A stretch of 64,000 bases of DNA. It comes from Pristiophorus japonicus (taxonomy: Eukaryota). The translations under genes were made by a program, and so were the position numbers. The notes under the pieces were generated by a model. That model was not told the origin of the DNA. It searched no databases and saw only the letters and a list, made by a program, of their open reading frames with translations. The stretch is taken from positions 7,812,001-7,876,000 of the forward strand of contig NC_092003.1 in the NCBI RefSeq assembly GCF_044704955.1. Reading direction: 5' to 3'. Shown piece by piece: positions 13,021 through 24,610 of the stretch (positions within the stretch are counted from its first letter, which is position 1; each line of letters starts with the position of its first letter).

Positions 13021-13422
13021 CAGTAGTCGGTCCCAGACCAAATTCACAAGCAGGTCCGAAATGGGTGTTGGCCCTGATTTGCATCTTGCCAATTCAGAGT
13101 GCCCTTTGACCTATCTGACGGGCATCGTAACTCCGGCGTGGAGTGAGTGTGCACGCCTCGCCAGTGCTATTGAACCCTGCCACGATCATTTCATCACACA
13201 GGTAGTCAAAAAGCTAGACCCCGCTCTCATAGAATCAGAGAAACTTACAGCAGGGAAGGAAGCCATTTCGGCCCATCGTGTCCGCGGCGGCCGACATAAG
13301 AGCTATCCAGCCTCACTCCACTTTCCAGCTCTTGGTCCGTAGCCCTGTCGGTTACGGCCCTTCATGTGTGTAGTGTATGCACCGGTGAGAAAGCTCACAG
13401 GTTTGCAGAGCTGTTGAAAGGG

Positions 13423-13945
13423 AGCCATCAGCCGGTCCAGGCAGCGGGCGGTCGAGGGGGTCGTTCAGCCCGACTGCCTGCCTCTCTTCCGCGGTTACAT
13501 CCGAGCCCAGGTGTCCCTGGAGATGGAGCACGCGGTGTCCACCGGTACGCTCGCGGCCTTCCGCGAGAGATGGGCGCCGGAAGGACTGGAGTGCATCATC
13601 ACCCCCGGTAAACAAATTTTAATTTGATTTGTTTACTGTCAAAAGTTTAATTTCTCAGTTTTAGTGCCCCTTTAATAAGGGGGCACTTGAATTATAGTTT
13701 TACCAAAATAGTTGTAGAGCTGTTGAGTTGGGAGGGGCTTAGCCAGTCACGTGATGTTCACAAGCCTCAATAAAACCCCGGCCAGTTGGGTTCGGGGGAA
13801 TCCACGATGGGGCAGGTGGTTGTGAGCCTGGTGGATGAACCGGTAATGTGTAGTGTGATTGTTAAAACCTTTGTTAATAAACCAATTAGTTCTTAATAGC
13901 AACATGTTGCTATGAATTCTTAAGCAAAGAACCCATGAAGGAAAT
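13423..13945 (+). mobile_element. Second copy of the Tx1-like 3' end
   Basis: Reverse-complement match to 190-630, including the 3' UTR. Confidence 0.6.
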
Positions 13946-13949
13946 ACAT

Positions 13950-14610
13950 TGCAAGTGCACATCCAGGTACTTTTTAAATGTGGTGAGGGTTTCTGCCTCT
14001 ACCACCCTTTCAGGCCGTGAGTTCTACCCCAGACCCCCACCACCCTCTGGGTGAAGACATTTCCCCTCAAATCCCCTCTAAACCTCCCCCCAATTACTTT
14101 AAATCTGTGCCCCCTGGTTGTTGACCCCTCTGCCAAGGGAAACAGGTCCGTCCTATCCACTCTATCCAGGCCTCTCATCATTTTATACACCTCAATCAGG
14201 TCTCCCCTCAGCCTCCTCTGTTGCAATTAAAACCACCCCAGTCTATCCAATCTTTCCTCATCGCTAAAGTTCTCCAGTCCTGGCAACATCCTCGTAAATC
14301 TCCTCTGTACCCTCCTCCAGTGCAATCACATCCTTCCTGTAATGCGGTGACCAGAACTGCACGCAGTACTCCAGCTGTGGCCTAACCACTGTTTTGTACA
14401 GTTCAAGGATAACCTCCCCTGCTCTTGTATTCCATGCCTCGACTAATAAAGGCAAGCATCCTGTAGGCCTTCTTAACCCCCTTATCGAGCTCGCCCACTA
14501 CCTTCTGGGATCTGTGGACCTGCACTCCAAGGTCCCTCTGTTCCTCTACACTTCTCAGTGTCCTACTGTTTATCGTGTGTTCCCTTGGCTTATCAGCCCT
14601 CCCCAAATGC
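13950..14610 (-). mobile_element. CR1 fragment (another subfamily)
   Basis: VVRPQLEYCVQFWSPHYRKD and RRLRGDLIEVYK. Confidence 0.85.
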
Positions 14611-15769
14611 ACTCTCAGTTGCAATTGCTTCGATTTTTGAACGATAGGGGAGTCGAGGGTTATGAGGAGCGGGCGGGGAAGTGGAGCTGGGGCCAAGATC
14701 AGATCAGCCGCGATCTTATTGAATGGCGGAGCAGGCTTGAGGGGCCGAATGGCCGAGTCCTGCTCCTGTTTCTTATGATCTTGGAACGTGGGACAGTCCA
14801 GCTCCCTCCCCCTCCGCCGGTGGCTCGTTTCGGACACAGGGCTTCCGGCCTGCACATCTGCAGAGGCCTGACTCAAGAGCCGGGTCCCCAAATAGGTTGC
14901 GGCAGCGCCCGTAATCATAGCCTGGACTAATCGCCGCCTTCCCTTCGCCTTGCTGTGCTCCTAAACACTGGGCGGAGACCACAAGGAGGGCGGGCGGCTG
15001 GAATTAAACAGAGCATCACCTCGCTCGGACATTGGCGTACGTGCATTCTGCCACACACCACTTGTATCTATATAGCGCCTGGGATTAGAGGGCTGTCCTA
15101 TGAGGAGAGATTGTGTAGAATGGGCCCATACTCTGGTGTTTAGAAGAATGGGAGGTGCTCTCATTGAAGCATACAAGATACTGAGGGGGTATTGAAAGGG
15201 TAGATGAGAGGCTATTTCCCAAACACCACAGTAGCCAGGTATGATATTTTTTTTTAAACTAAAAGCATGTTTTTTTTTGACGATCAGGAGACCACAAGAA
15301 GAACAAAGGAGCAGGAGTCGGCCATTCGGCCCCTCGAGCCTGCTCCGCCATTCAATACGATCATGGCTGATCCGATCATGGGCTCAGCTCCACTTCCCCG
15401 CCCGCTCCCCATAACCCTTCACTCCCTTATCGCTCAAAAATCTATCTCCGCCTTAAATATATTCCATGTCCCAGCCTCCACAGCTCTCTGGGGCAGAGAA
15501 TTCCACAGATTTACAACCCTCTGAGAGAAGAAATTCCTCCTCATCTCAGTTTTAAATGGGCGGCCCCTAATTCTGAAACTATGCCCCCTCGTTCTAGATT
15601 CCCCCATGAGGGGAAACACCCTCTCTGTATCTACCCTGTTGAGCCCCCTCATAATCTTATACGTTTCAATAAGATCACCCATCATTCTTCTAAACTCCAA
15701 TGTGTTTCAGCCCAAACTGCTTAATCTTTCTTCATAAGTCAACCCCTTCATCTCTGGAATCAACCTCGT

Positions 15770-16220
15770 CATTATAGGCGGTCCCACGAGCGAGGATGAC
15801 TTGTTTCCACGAGTTCACAGATGTTTCAATGAAGGACCCGATGTTCCAGGTCCTGAACTCGTGTTGAGGGAGTGGGAGATGCCTGTGGGTGGATCTTTTT
15901 AACGTGGGGTGACCGTTGCACACCAGCCACCACACGGGGCTTGACAGAGCGAGGTCTTGGTCCAGGGGCAAGGGTTAACCAGGACGACTGGAGACCAGCT
16001 CTGCTGCACGGACCCAGTGCGCGCACATATCGCACACAGTGTGGGGCTGGGCCCGTGCTGCCCCCTGGGCCCTCGCCTCTCCTGGGCCCCTGAACTCACG
16101 CCTCTCTGGGTCCCGTACCCTCATCTGTCGCACCTCCGCCACGATCCCTCGCCGCTCCTCCGCCCCGACCTTCCCACTCCTCTGCAGCTGGGCCCTGCCG
16201 ATGTTCCTGCCCGCGCTCCA
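15770..16220 (-). mobile_element. Short non-autonomous RTE-derived element
   Basis: Shares the RTE 3' tail and retains an APE-start-like EFRTWNIGSF. Confidence 0.65.
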
Positions 16221-16639
16221 AAACTGCCACCAGGGTTTTGATGACGCCACCCAGTCTCCCATCTCAAAATCGTCACACACTTGGAGCAGCTCGCGATCCA
16301 GCTCTTTTATAGCCCGACCTGCGGAGTTGTTCTCTCCCAGGTGGGGGGGGGGGGGGGGAACACCTAGTGAACCTTCTCTGAACAGCCTCCAATGCAAGTA
16401 TAAGTCGAAACCTTTCACCAGTTGCTGTTCTATGACTGTAGCAGTGACACCCCCATTTTTCTGCACTGGTTTTGTCCCCTTGTGTGGTGACCATTTGCGT
16501 GTGGTTGACATTAGCCTTTCACTCATTGGCTCTCCCTTAAGTCTCCTCCATAACGAGCAGGGTGGATAAAGAGGGAACCAATGGATGTGGTGTATTTGGA
16601 TTTCCAGAAGGCATTCGATACGGTGCCACATAAGCCATT

Positions 16640-17136
16640 CGGAGGGAGCAGCATGCGACGGTATACCAGTGCAGGGAGCAGCGTGTACTGCTGCAGGAGG
16701 GCAATGGCTACGAAGCCAGGTCGCTGATTGCAGTGCGGGCAGGAGGGGCGGAGGAGCGGCAAGGGATCGTAGAGGGACGTGACCGGGTCCCAGGGGAGGT
16801 GTGGGTTCGGGGCCTGGGGCCCGGGCCCTGGGGCAGCACGGGCCCAGCCCACACTGTGCGATATGTGCGCGCACTGAGTCCGTGCAGCAGAGCTGGTCTC
16901 CGGTCGTCCTGGTTAACCCTTGCCCCTGGACCAAGACCTCGCTCTGTCAAGCCCCGTGTGGTGGCTGGTGTGCAACGGTCACCCCACGTTAAAAAAAAAC
17001 ACCCACAGGCATCTTCCACCCTTCAGGATGTAGTTCGGGATCCGGAATATTAGGTCCTTCATTGGAACACCTGTGAACTCGTCCCTTTTTGGCCTGGAAG
17101 CAAGTCATCCTCGCTTCGAGGGACTGCCTATGATGA
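16640..17136 (+). mobile_element. Short non-autonomous RTE-derived element
   Basis: Same family. Ends GGAAGCAAGTCATCCTCG..GAGGGACTGCCTATGATGAT. Confidence 0.65.
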
Positions 17137-17616
17137 TCCTTCCTTAAATACGGGGACCAAAACTGCACGCAGTACTCCAGGTGTGGCCTCACCAATACCC
17201 TGTACAGTTGTGGCAGGACTTCCCTGCTTTTATTCTCCATCCCCCTTGCAATAAAGGCCAACATTCCAATTGCCTTCCTGATTATTTGCCGGAGCTGCAC
17301 ACTAACTTTTTTGTGTTTCATGTACACGGCCCCCAGATCCCTCTGTGCCGCAGCCTTCTATAGTCTCCATTTAAACAATAATTTGCTTTTTTACGCTTCA
17401 GGCCAAAGTCATATCTTCCCACGTTATACTCCAGCTGCCAGGGGAGAGGAGAGAAAAACACTTTGCATTTCTAGGACACTGTTCAAAACCTCAGGATGTT
17501 TCAAAGCGTTTCACAGCCAATGAACTACTTTTGAAGTGTGAGACACAAAATGATTCAACTCTCGTCGTCCAGAAGCGACAATATTCAGGTGGATTGAAAA
17601 GAAAAACATTGAAATA

Positions 17617-17622
17617 TTTACT
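17617..17622 (-). terminator. Candidate FIBP polyadenylation signal (AGTAAA variant)
   Basis: About 270 nt after the stop and followed by a U-rich tract on the minus strand. The hexamer is non-canonical. Confidence 0.35.
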
Positions 17623-17892
17623 GAATATTTTGGCCGGCAACAACGTGGCCCCTTGAACAATGCCGGAGAAGATGATGCCTGGGGAGGAGTTACTGTCCGC
17701 AGTGCCCTGGAAACAACGGCGTGTTGTTGGAGGGGGGGGGGGGGGGCGAGGGTAAGGAGCTGGGGGAGCATCGTAGTCTGCCGTCGGGAGGGCCGATGAG
17801 AGGTCTCTCTGTATCCGAAACACGTGACGCTGGGCCGGGCCGGGGCGGGGCGGGAACGGGTGACTGCTCTCAACGGGAGGCGTCCCAAGTCT

Positions 17893-17962
17893 TCAGTCGT
17901 GATACATCTTCAGGATGCAACTTTTCACGGTGCCCATGTACCGCTCCCACAGGCACTGGTGT
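17893..17962 (-). CDS. FIBP: FIBP coding exon 10 (70 nt including stop)
   Basis: HQCLWERYMGTVKSCILKMYHD* matches the FIBP C-terminus. Exons sum to 1074 nt = 357 aa + stop. Confidence 0.96.
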
Positions 17963-19539
17963 CTAGACAAACGGAATGCGACAGTAATCGATACTTGGTT
18001 AAAAAATGGACCCGGCCCCCCCGGAGGTTTGAACGCCAATTCTGTCCACAACCCCCTCTCCCGGTTAGGCTTCCGATTGCCAGTAACGCCCCCGGTTGGT
18101 GTACTGATAGCAACCGCCCCCCCCACACCCCCCCCTTAACAATGTTCCCACGGCCACGCAGACATCTGCATGGTCCGCGGGACACCCAGACCCCGCGTTA
18201 AAATGTGAATGGGCCGCGTGTTGGGGCGGGGCGCGCAGGAGGCAGTGTAGCTTCCTGGGGGGGGGGGGGGGGGGGGCGGTGTGGGGAGTCGCCCCTCATG
18301 TTTTTAAGTCGCAAATGGCCGTAACTCGATTAAAAACATTTGGCTGCAGTTCCACACTCTGGCCACCGGCTGGCACTGTCAAGCACATTCATTGAAACCC
18401 TTTGTCAGCCATTGTTTTTTTTTTCAGTAACTGAAATTTCTAATGTCTAAAGTATTTTTTTTAAATTACGTATTTACAGCAAACATTTTTTTTTAAATGA
18501 TCAATTGAATTGCTGCCTACAGTCTGTGTCTGTTTGATATGTAAAAAAAAAATGAAAATGATGCATTGTTTTAGATAAAAACAATTTTTCTTCATTTAAA
18601 AAAAAAAACTTTTTTCAAATTTAAAAAATAAATATGACTTTTTAAAAAGTACTTGGATGTGCTCTTGAAGTGCTGTGACCTACAAGGCTACAGTCCAAAA
18701 GCTGGAAAGTGGGATTAGGCTGGGTAACTCTTTTTGGGTCGGCACAGACACGATGGGCCGAATAGCCTCCTTCTGTGCCGTAAATTTTTATGATTTTTTA
18801 TTTATGATTCTACATAACAGTGACTACACTTCGAAAATTACTTAATTGGCTGTAAAGGCCTTTTGTGCGTCCCGAGGTTGTGAAGGGCGCTAGACAAACG
18901 CAAATTCCTCTTTCTTTTAATGCCTTCGCTAAAGTTTCTATTTGAAGGCCCCTGCCCGTCTCAAAAGCCAGGGACCGTGCCAGATCGGGCAATGGGGGCG
19001 ATCGCCAGGACGGATGAGTCTGGGGTACATCCCCTGCTCTTCCAAGCCCCGCAGGAAGGTGTTTTTTTTTAATAAGTTGCTGGTCACGGGGGCCGCGGAA
19101 GAATCCCGACGCCCCCCCCCACCCCGGCCTCGCTCGTCGGGGACATGTTCTGCAGAGGGCTTCGTCACCTGACGTTAGGGCTCCCCCTCGCTCACATAGT
19201 TCGATCCGGAGGGCAGTGCGCCGATTGACACCGGTGGAGGGGGTGGGATGGGCTTCCGATACTCAGCGAAGCGCTCGCCTACAAGTAGCCCCGTGTGATT
19301 CCCCGTGGGATAAGGCAGGCCGCAACTCCCCACCCATTCACCGGACAGGAGTCACTCCTTGAAGAGGGAGAGAGGGGGAACGTTGCCCCCACGTCTTTAA
19401 CTTGATTAAAACGTTTGGCTGCAGTTCCAAGCTCTGGCCACCGGCTGGCAGTGTCGAGCACATCCATTGCCAATCTTTTCGCCCGCCATTGCTTTTCTTC
19501 AGTAACTGAAATTTCTAATGTCCAAAATATCGTACTTAC

Positions 19540-19637
19540 TTAAAGGCGTCGAGAGCCCGGGCAGTGTTGGTGTACTGCGTAAGGAAAAGGCAGACGTCGT
19601 TGATGTTCCACCGGTCAGATTTACACGGCTCGATAAA
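19540..19637 (-). CDS. FIBP: FIBP coding exon 9 (98 nt)
   Basis: FIEPCKSDRWNINDVCLFLTQYTNTARALDAFK. Boundaries ggcag| and |gtaagt. Found by manual translation. Confidence 0.95.
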
Positions 19638-19849
19638 CTGCCCGAGACACAAGAGAGGGAGGAGAGTTAGTGGCGGCGAGCCTACAAGTCTGGAATCGGG
19701 TATGGCAGCAAGAGGGTAGAGTGTGCGGGGGGGGGGGGGTCACGTAGGGTACGTGGGAGGGCGGGGGTCCGCGTAGCGGCTTCCTGCAGTAGGGAACCCC
19801 TTGCGACTAGCCCCTCAGGCTGCCCTGTTTAGAAATGTTTCCGAAGCAA

Positions 19850-20815
19850 CAAGAGAACGTAAGAACGAGGGGCAGGAGGCCATTCGGCCCCTCGGGCCTG
19901 CTCCGCCATTCAATAAGATCATGGCTGACCTTCGACCTCAACTCCACTTTCCCGCCCGATCTCCATATCCCTGGAGACCCTTAATATCCAAAAATCTATT
20001 GATCCCAGCCTTGAATATACTCAGAGACTCAGCCTCCACAGCCCTCTGGGGCAGAGAATTCCAAAGATTCACCACCCTCTGAGTGAAGAAATTCCTCCTC
20101 ATCTCAGTCCTAAATGGCCGACCCCTTATCCTGAGACTGTGTGACCCCTGGTTCTAGACTCCCCAGCCCGGGGGGAAACACCCTCCCTGCATCTACCCTG
20201 TCAAGCCCTGTAAGAATTGTGTAGGTTTCAATGAGATCACCTCTCATTCTTCTAAACTCTACAGAATATCGGCCCAGTCTGCTCAATCTCTCCTCATAGG
20301 ACAATACCCACATCCCGGGAATCAGTCTGGTGAACCTTCGCTGCACTCCCTCTATGGCAAGTATATCCTTCCTTAGGGAAGGAGACCCGAACTGTACACA
20401 ATACTCCAGGTGTGGTCTCACCAGGGCCCTGTATAATTGTAGTAAGACGTCTTTACTCTTATTCTCAAATCCTCCTGTAATAAAGGCCAACATACCATTT
20501 GCTTTCCTAACTGCTTGCTGTACCTGCAGGTTAACTTTCAGTGATTGGTGTACAAGGACCCCCAGGTCCCTCTGAACACCGACACTTCCCAATCTCGCAC
20601 CGTTTATACAATACTCTGCTTTTCTATTTTTTCTCCCAAAGTGGATCACTTCACAATTCTCTACATCATATTCCATTTGCCACGTTCTTGTCCACTCACT
20701 TAGCCAGTGTCTAGATCCCCCTTTACATCCTCCTCACAACTTACATTCCCACCGAGCTTTGTATCATCAGCAAACTTGGGATATATTACACTCGGTCCCC
20801 TCATCCAAATCACTG
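19850..20815 (-). mobile_element. CR1 3' fragment
   Basis: KFADDTKLGG and RPHLEYCVQF. Confidence 0.9.
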
Positions 20816-21244
20816 ATGAAACACAAAAAGGGTTTCGGGGTTTGCATCGAATTCGCTGCTTTTTAAAAAAATCTTTAGGAAAATTTAAATGGTTTGCACT
20901 GAAAAAAAAAATTGGCTGTCGCTTTTCCAACATTACAACAGGGACTACACTTCAAAAGGACTTAATTGGCTGTAAAGCGCTTTGGGACGTCCTGAGAGAG
21001 TTCTTGTTCTCAGATCAGACATTCTGGAGATTAAATACAGGTGTTCCTGGGTACTCATTAAATAAAACACTGAGCTTGCATTTATATAGCTCCTTGCATG
21101 ACCTTAGGACGTGACTCACGACCAATGAAGTACTCTTGAAGTGTCGTCACAGTTCTAACATAGGATGCTTGGGGTTTGCAATGTGTTGAGGCTGATCTCT
21201 TCACTCTCCCCTCCCTCAGAAAGTACCCCCCCCCCCCCTTCTTA

Positions 21245-22640
21245 CATAGAAACATAGAAATAGGTGCAGGAGTAGGCCATTCGGCCCCTCGAGCCTGCTC
21301 CACCATTCAATACGATCATGGCTAATCAGGCAACTTCAGTACCCCATTCCTGCTTTCTCTCCATACCCCTTGATCCCTTTAGCCGTAAGGGCCACATCTA
21401 ACTCCCTTTAGAATATATCTAACGAACTGGCCTCAACAACTTTCTGTGGTAGAGAATTCCACAGGTTCACAATTCTCTGAGTGAAGAAGTTTCTCCTCAT
21501 CTCGGTCCTGAATGGCTTACCCCTTATCCTTAGACTGTGTGACCCCTGGTTCTGGACTTCCCCAACATCGGGAACATTCTTCCTGCATCTAATCTGTCCA
21601 GTCCCGTCAGAATGTTATATGTTTCTATGAGATCCCCTCTCATCCTTCTAAATTCCAGTGAATATAAGCCTAGTCGATCCAGTCTCTCCTCATATGTCAG
21701 TCCTGCCATCCCGGGAATCAGTCTGGTGAACCTTCGCTGCACTCCCTCAATAGCAAGAATGTCCTTCCTCAGATTAGGAGACCAAAACTGAACACAATAT
21801 TCCAGGTGTGGCCTCACCAAGGCCCTGTACAGCTGCAGCAAGACCTCCCTGCTCCTATACTCAAATCCCCTCGCTCTAAAGGCCAACATGCCATTTGCTT
21901 TCTTAACTGCCTCCCCCCATGATTGCAAGTCACTCTCGGTCAACATAACAGTGAGTGGGCAGAAATTTGGCACCTGGTGTATATAATGTGGGAAAATGTG
22001 AAGTTATCCACTTTGGTCAGAAAAATAAAAAAGCAAATTATAACTTAAATGGAGGGAAATTGCAAAGTGCCGCAGTACAGGCCACACCTGGAGTACTGCG
22101 TGCAGTTTTGGTCTCCTTATTTAAGGAGGGATATACTTGCATTGGAGGCAGTTCAGAGAAGGTTCACCAGGTTGATTCCTGAGATGAAGGGATTGTCTTA
22201 TGAAGAAAGGTTGAGCAGGTTGGGGCCTGTACTCATTGGAGTTTAGAAGAATGAGAGGTGATCTTATTGAAACATGTAAGATACTGAGGGGGCTGGACAG
22301 GGTAGATGCAGAGAGGATGTTTCCCCTCGTGGGGGAGACTAGAACTAGGGGGCATAATCTTAGAATAAGGGGCCGCCCATTTAAAACTGAGATGAGGAGA
22401 AATTTCTTCTCTCAGAGGGTTGTAAATCTGTGGAATTCGCTGCCTCAGAGAGCTGTGGAAGCTGGGACATTGAATATATTTAAGACAGAAATAGACAGTT
22501 TCTTAAATGATAAGGGAATAAGGGAGCGGGCAGGGAAGTGGAGCTGAGTCCTTGATCGAGTCAGTCACGGTCTTATTGAATGGCGGAGCAGGCTCGAGGG
22601 GCCGTATGGCCGACTCCTGCTCCTATTTCTTATGTTCTTA
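21245..22640. mobile_element. Two CR1 3' fragments (minus 21245-21910; plus 21980-22640)
   Basis: CR1 ORF2 C-terminal peptides and tails. Confidence 0.85.
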
Positions 22641-22725
22641 AACTGCGTGGACGCACTCGCGAGAGAATTCCTCAATCCCGGCGGAAGGATTCCCCCCCCC
22701 TCCCCAGATTGAACAGCGGACACAC

Positions 22726-22812
22726 CTTCTCCACCAGGTCAACGAAGAGATCACGAACGTCCTTCGTGTGGATGAGCTTGGTGGCAATGTTGATCAGACC
22801 CCGAGACAGATT
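22726..22812 (-). CDS. FIBP: FIBP coding exon 8 (87 nt)
   Basis: [29 protein letters not shown]. Boundaries ttccag| and |gtgtgt. Confidence 0.96.
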
Positions 22813-22967
22813 CTGGAAAGGACAGTTACAATCAGAGCAGGGGAAGAGAGTTTCAAGAAGGCATTTTGCCCCCATCTCAACTCACATACAATAACTTTGT
22901 TGCAATTGTCTTTGGAGGATTGAATGTGTGAAACTTAACACACTCGGAAATAAACCTTTGGCTTTAC

Positions 22968-23031
22968 CTTAAAGCTTGATTCCATTTCGGTGAAGATGGT
23001 GACCTTGCCCCTCAGTGCTGTGCACACCAGG
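22968..23031 (-). CDS. FIBP: FIBP coding exon 7 (64 nt)
   Basis: LVCTALRGKVTIFTEMESSFK. Boundaries catag| and |gtaaag. Confidence 0.95.
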
Positions 23032-23484
23032 CTATGTGAAGACACACACATGGGAGCACAATCAGAACCTTCTTTTGCTCACTTAAATGTAGTTAAAGGT
23101 CTAAACGACAATAACAACCGAGTGTAATGTAACCAAATTTACTGATGATACAAAGATGGGTGGGAAAGCAAATTGTGAGGAGGACACAAAAAATCTGCAA
23201 AGGGATATAGACAGGCTAAGTGAGTGGGTAAAAATTTGTGAGGTGGAGTATAATGTGGGAAAATGTGAGGTTATCCACTTAGGCAGAAAAAAATAGAAAA
23301 GCAAATTATAATTCAAATGGAGAAAAATTGCAAAGTGCCGCAGTACAGCGGGACCTGGGGGTACTTGTGCATGAAACACAAAAGGATAGTATGCAGGTAC
23401 AGCAAGTGATCAGGAAGGCCAATGGTATCTTGGCCTTTATTGCAAAGGGGATGGAGTATAAAAGCAGGGAAGTCTTGCTACAGC

Positions 23485-24130
23485 ATGCTGTACCTGCCCT
23501 GGGAGTGTTTGATGGGACAGTGTAGAGGGAGCTTTACTCTGTATCTAACCCCGTGCTGTACCTGCCCTGGGAGTGTTTGATGGGACAGTGTAGAGGGAGC
23601 TTTACTCTGTATCTAACCCCGTGCTGTACCTGCCCTGGGAGTGTTTGATGGGACAGTGTAGAGGGAGCTTTACTCTGTATCTAACACCCTGTACCTACCC
23701 TGGGAGTGTTTGATGGGACACTGTAGAGAGAGCTCTAACCCCGTGCTGTACCTGCCCTGGGAGTGTTTGATGGGACAGTGTAGAGGGAGCTTTACTCTGT
23801 ATCTAACCCTGTGCTGTACCTGCCCTGGGAGTGTTTGATGGGGACAGTGTAGAGGGAGCTTTACTCTGTATCTAACCCCGTGCTGTACCTGCCCTGGGAG
23901 TGTTTGATGGGACAGTGTAGAGGGAGCTTTACTCTGTATCTAACCCCGTGCTGTACCTGCCCTGGGAGTGTTTGATGGGACAGTGTAGAGGGAGCTTTAC
24001 TCTGTATCTAACCCCGTGCTGTACCTGCCCTGGGAGTGTTTGATGGGACAGTGTAGAGGGAGCTTTACTCTGTATCTAACCCCGTGCTGTACCTGCCCAG
24101 GGAGTGTGTGATGGGACAGTGTGGAGGGAG
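23485..24130 (-). repeat. 68 bp tandem repeat array, same family, in FIBP intron 6
   Basis: Reverse complement of the 1100-1972 unit. Confidence 0.95.
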
Positions 24131-24171
24131 TGTTGTCCTGTTGTGTGTGTGTAGACCGACAGCTCCTCTAC

Positions 24172-24280
24172 CTTTTGTGCTGATCTAGTAGATCCTTGTC
24201 AGTGATCAGCACTTTGAGATCTTTCAGATCCTGCAAGAATTCTCGGTCCAGGTCTACATCCATGTCGTCCGCCATGGAAT
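24172..24280 (-). CDS. FIBP: FIBP coding exon 6 (109 nt)
   Basis: [37 protein letters not shown]. Boundaries ttacag| and |gtagag. Confidence 0.96.
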
Positions 24281-24513
24281 CTGTAAGAGACGACATTGGC
24301 ATCGGTGAGTGTCTGCTCCATCAGGGGACCACTCCACTCTGAGTCGGGGTGGGGGGGGGGGATTGGAACCGACCATCCACAAGGGGGGGGGGGGGAGGGG
24401 GTAGATCTGGGAATATTAACTTGAAAATCTGGACTGGACACGGACTTTGGTTTCCGAGGTTCATTTTCTTGGTGATCGATATAACTCAAAGTGAACATTT
24501 AAGCCCACTGCAG

Positions 24514-24610
24514 CTGTGTCATCGGGATGTGTTGGCTAATTTATTCCAAGGCACTGCGCTGACGGACGTGGAACACCGCTACAAAGCCCTGCTATTGTGT
24601 TATTTCAACG
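24514..24610 (+). pseudogene. Putative upstream exon of the same antisense gene, abutting a CR1 insertion at its donor
   Basis: ctgcag| acceptor. The only open frame is LCHRDVLANLFQGTALTDVEHRYKALLLCYFN. CR1 starts immediately after it, and GTATGT follows the CR1 tail at 26647. Confidence 0.35.
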
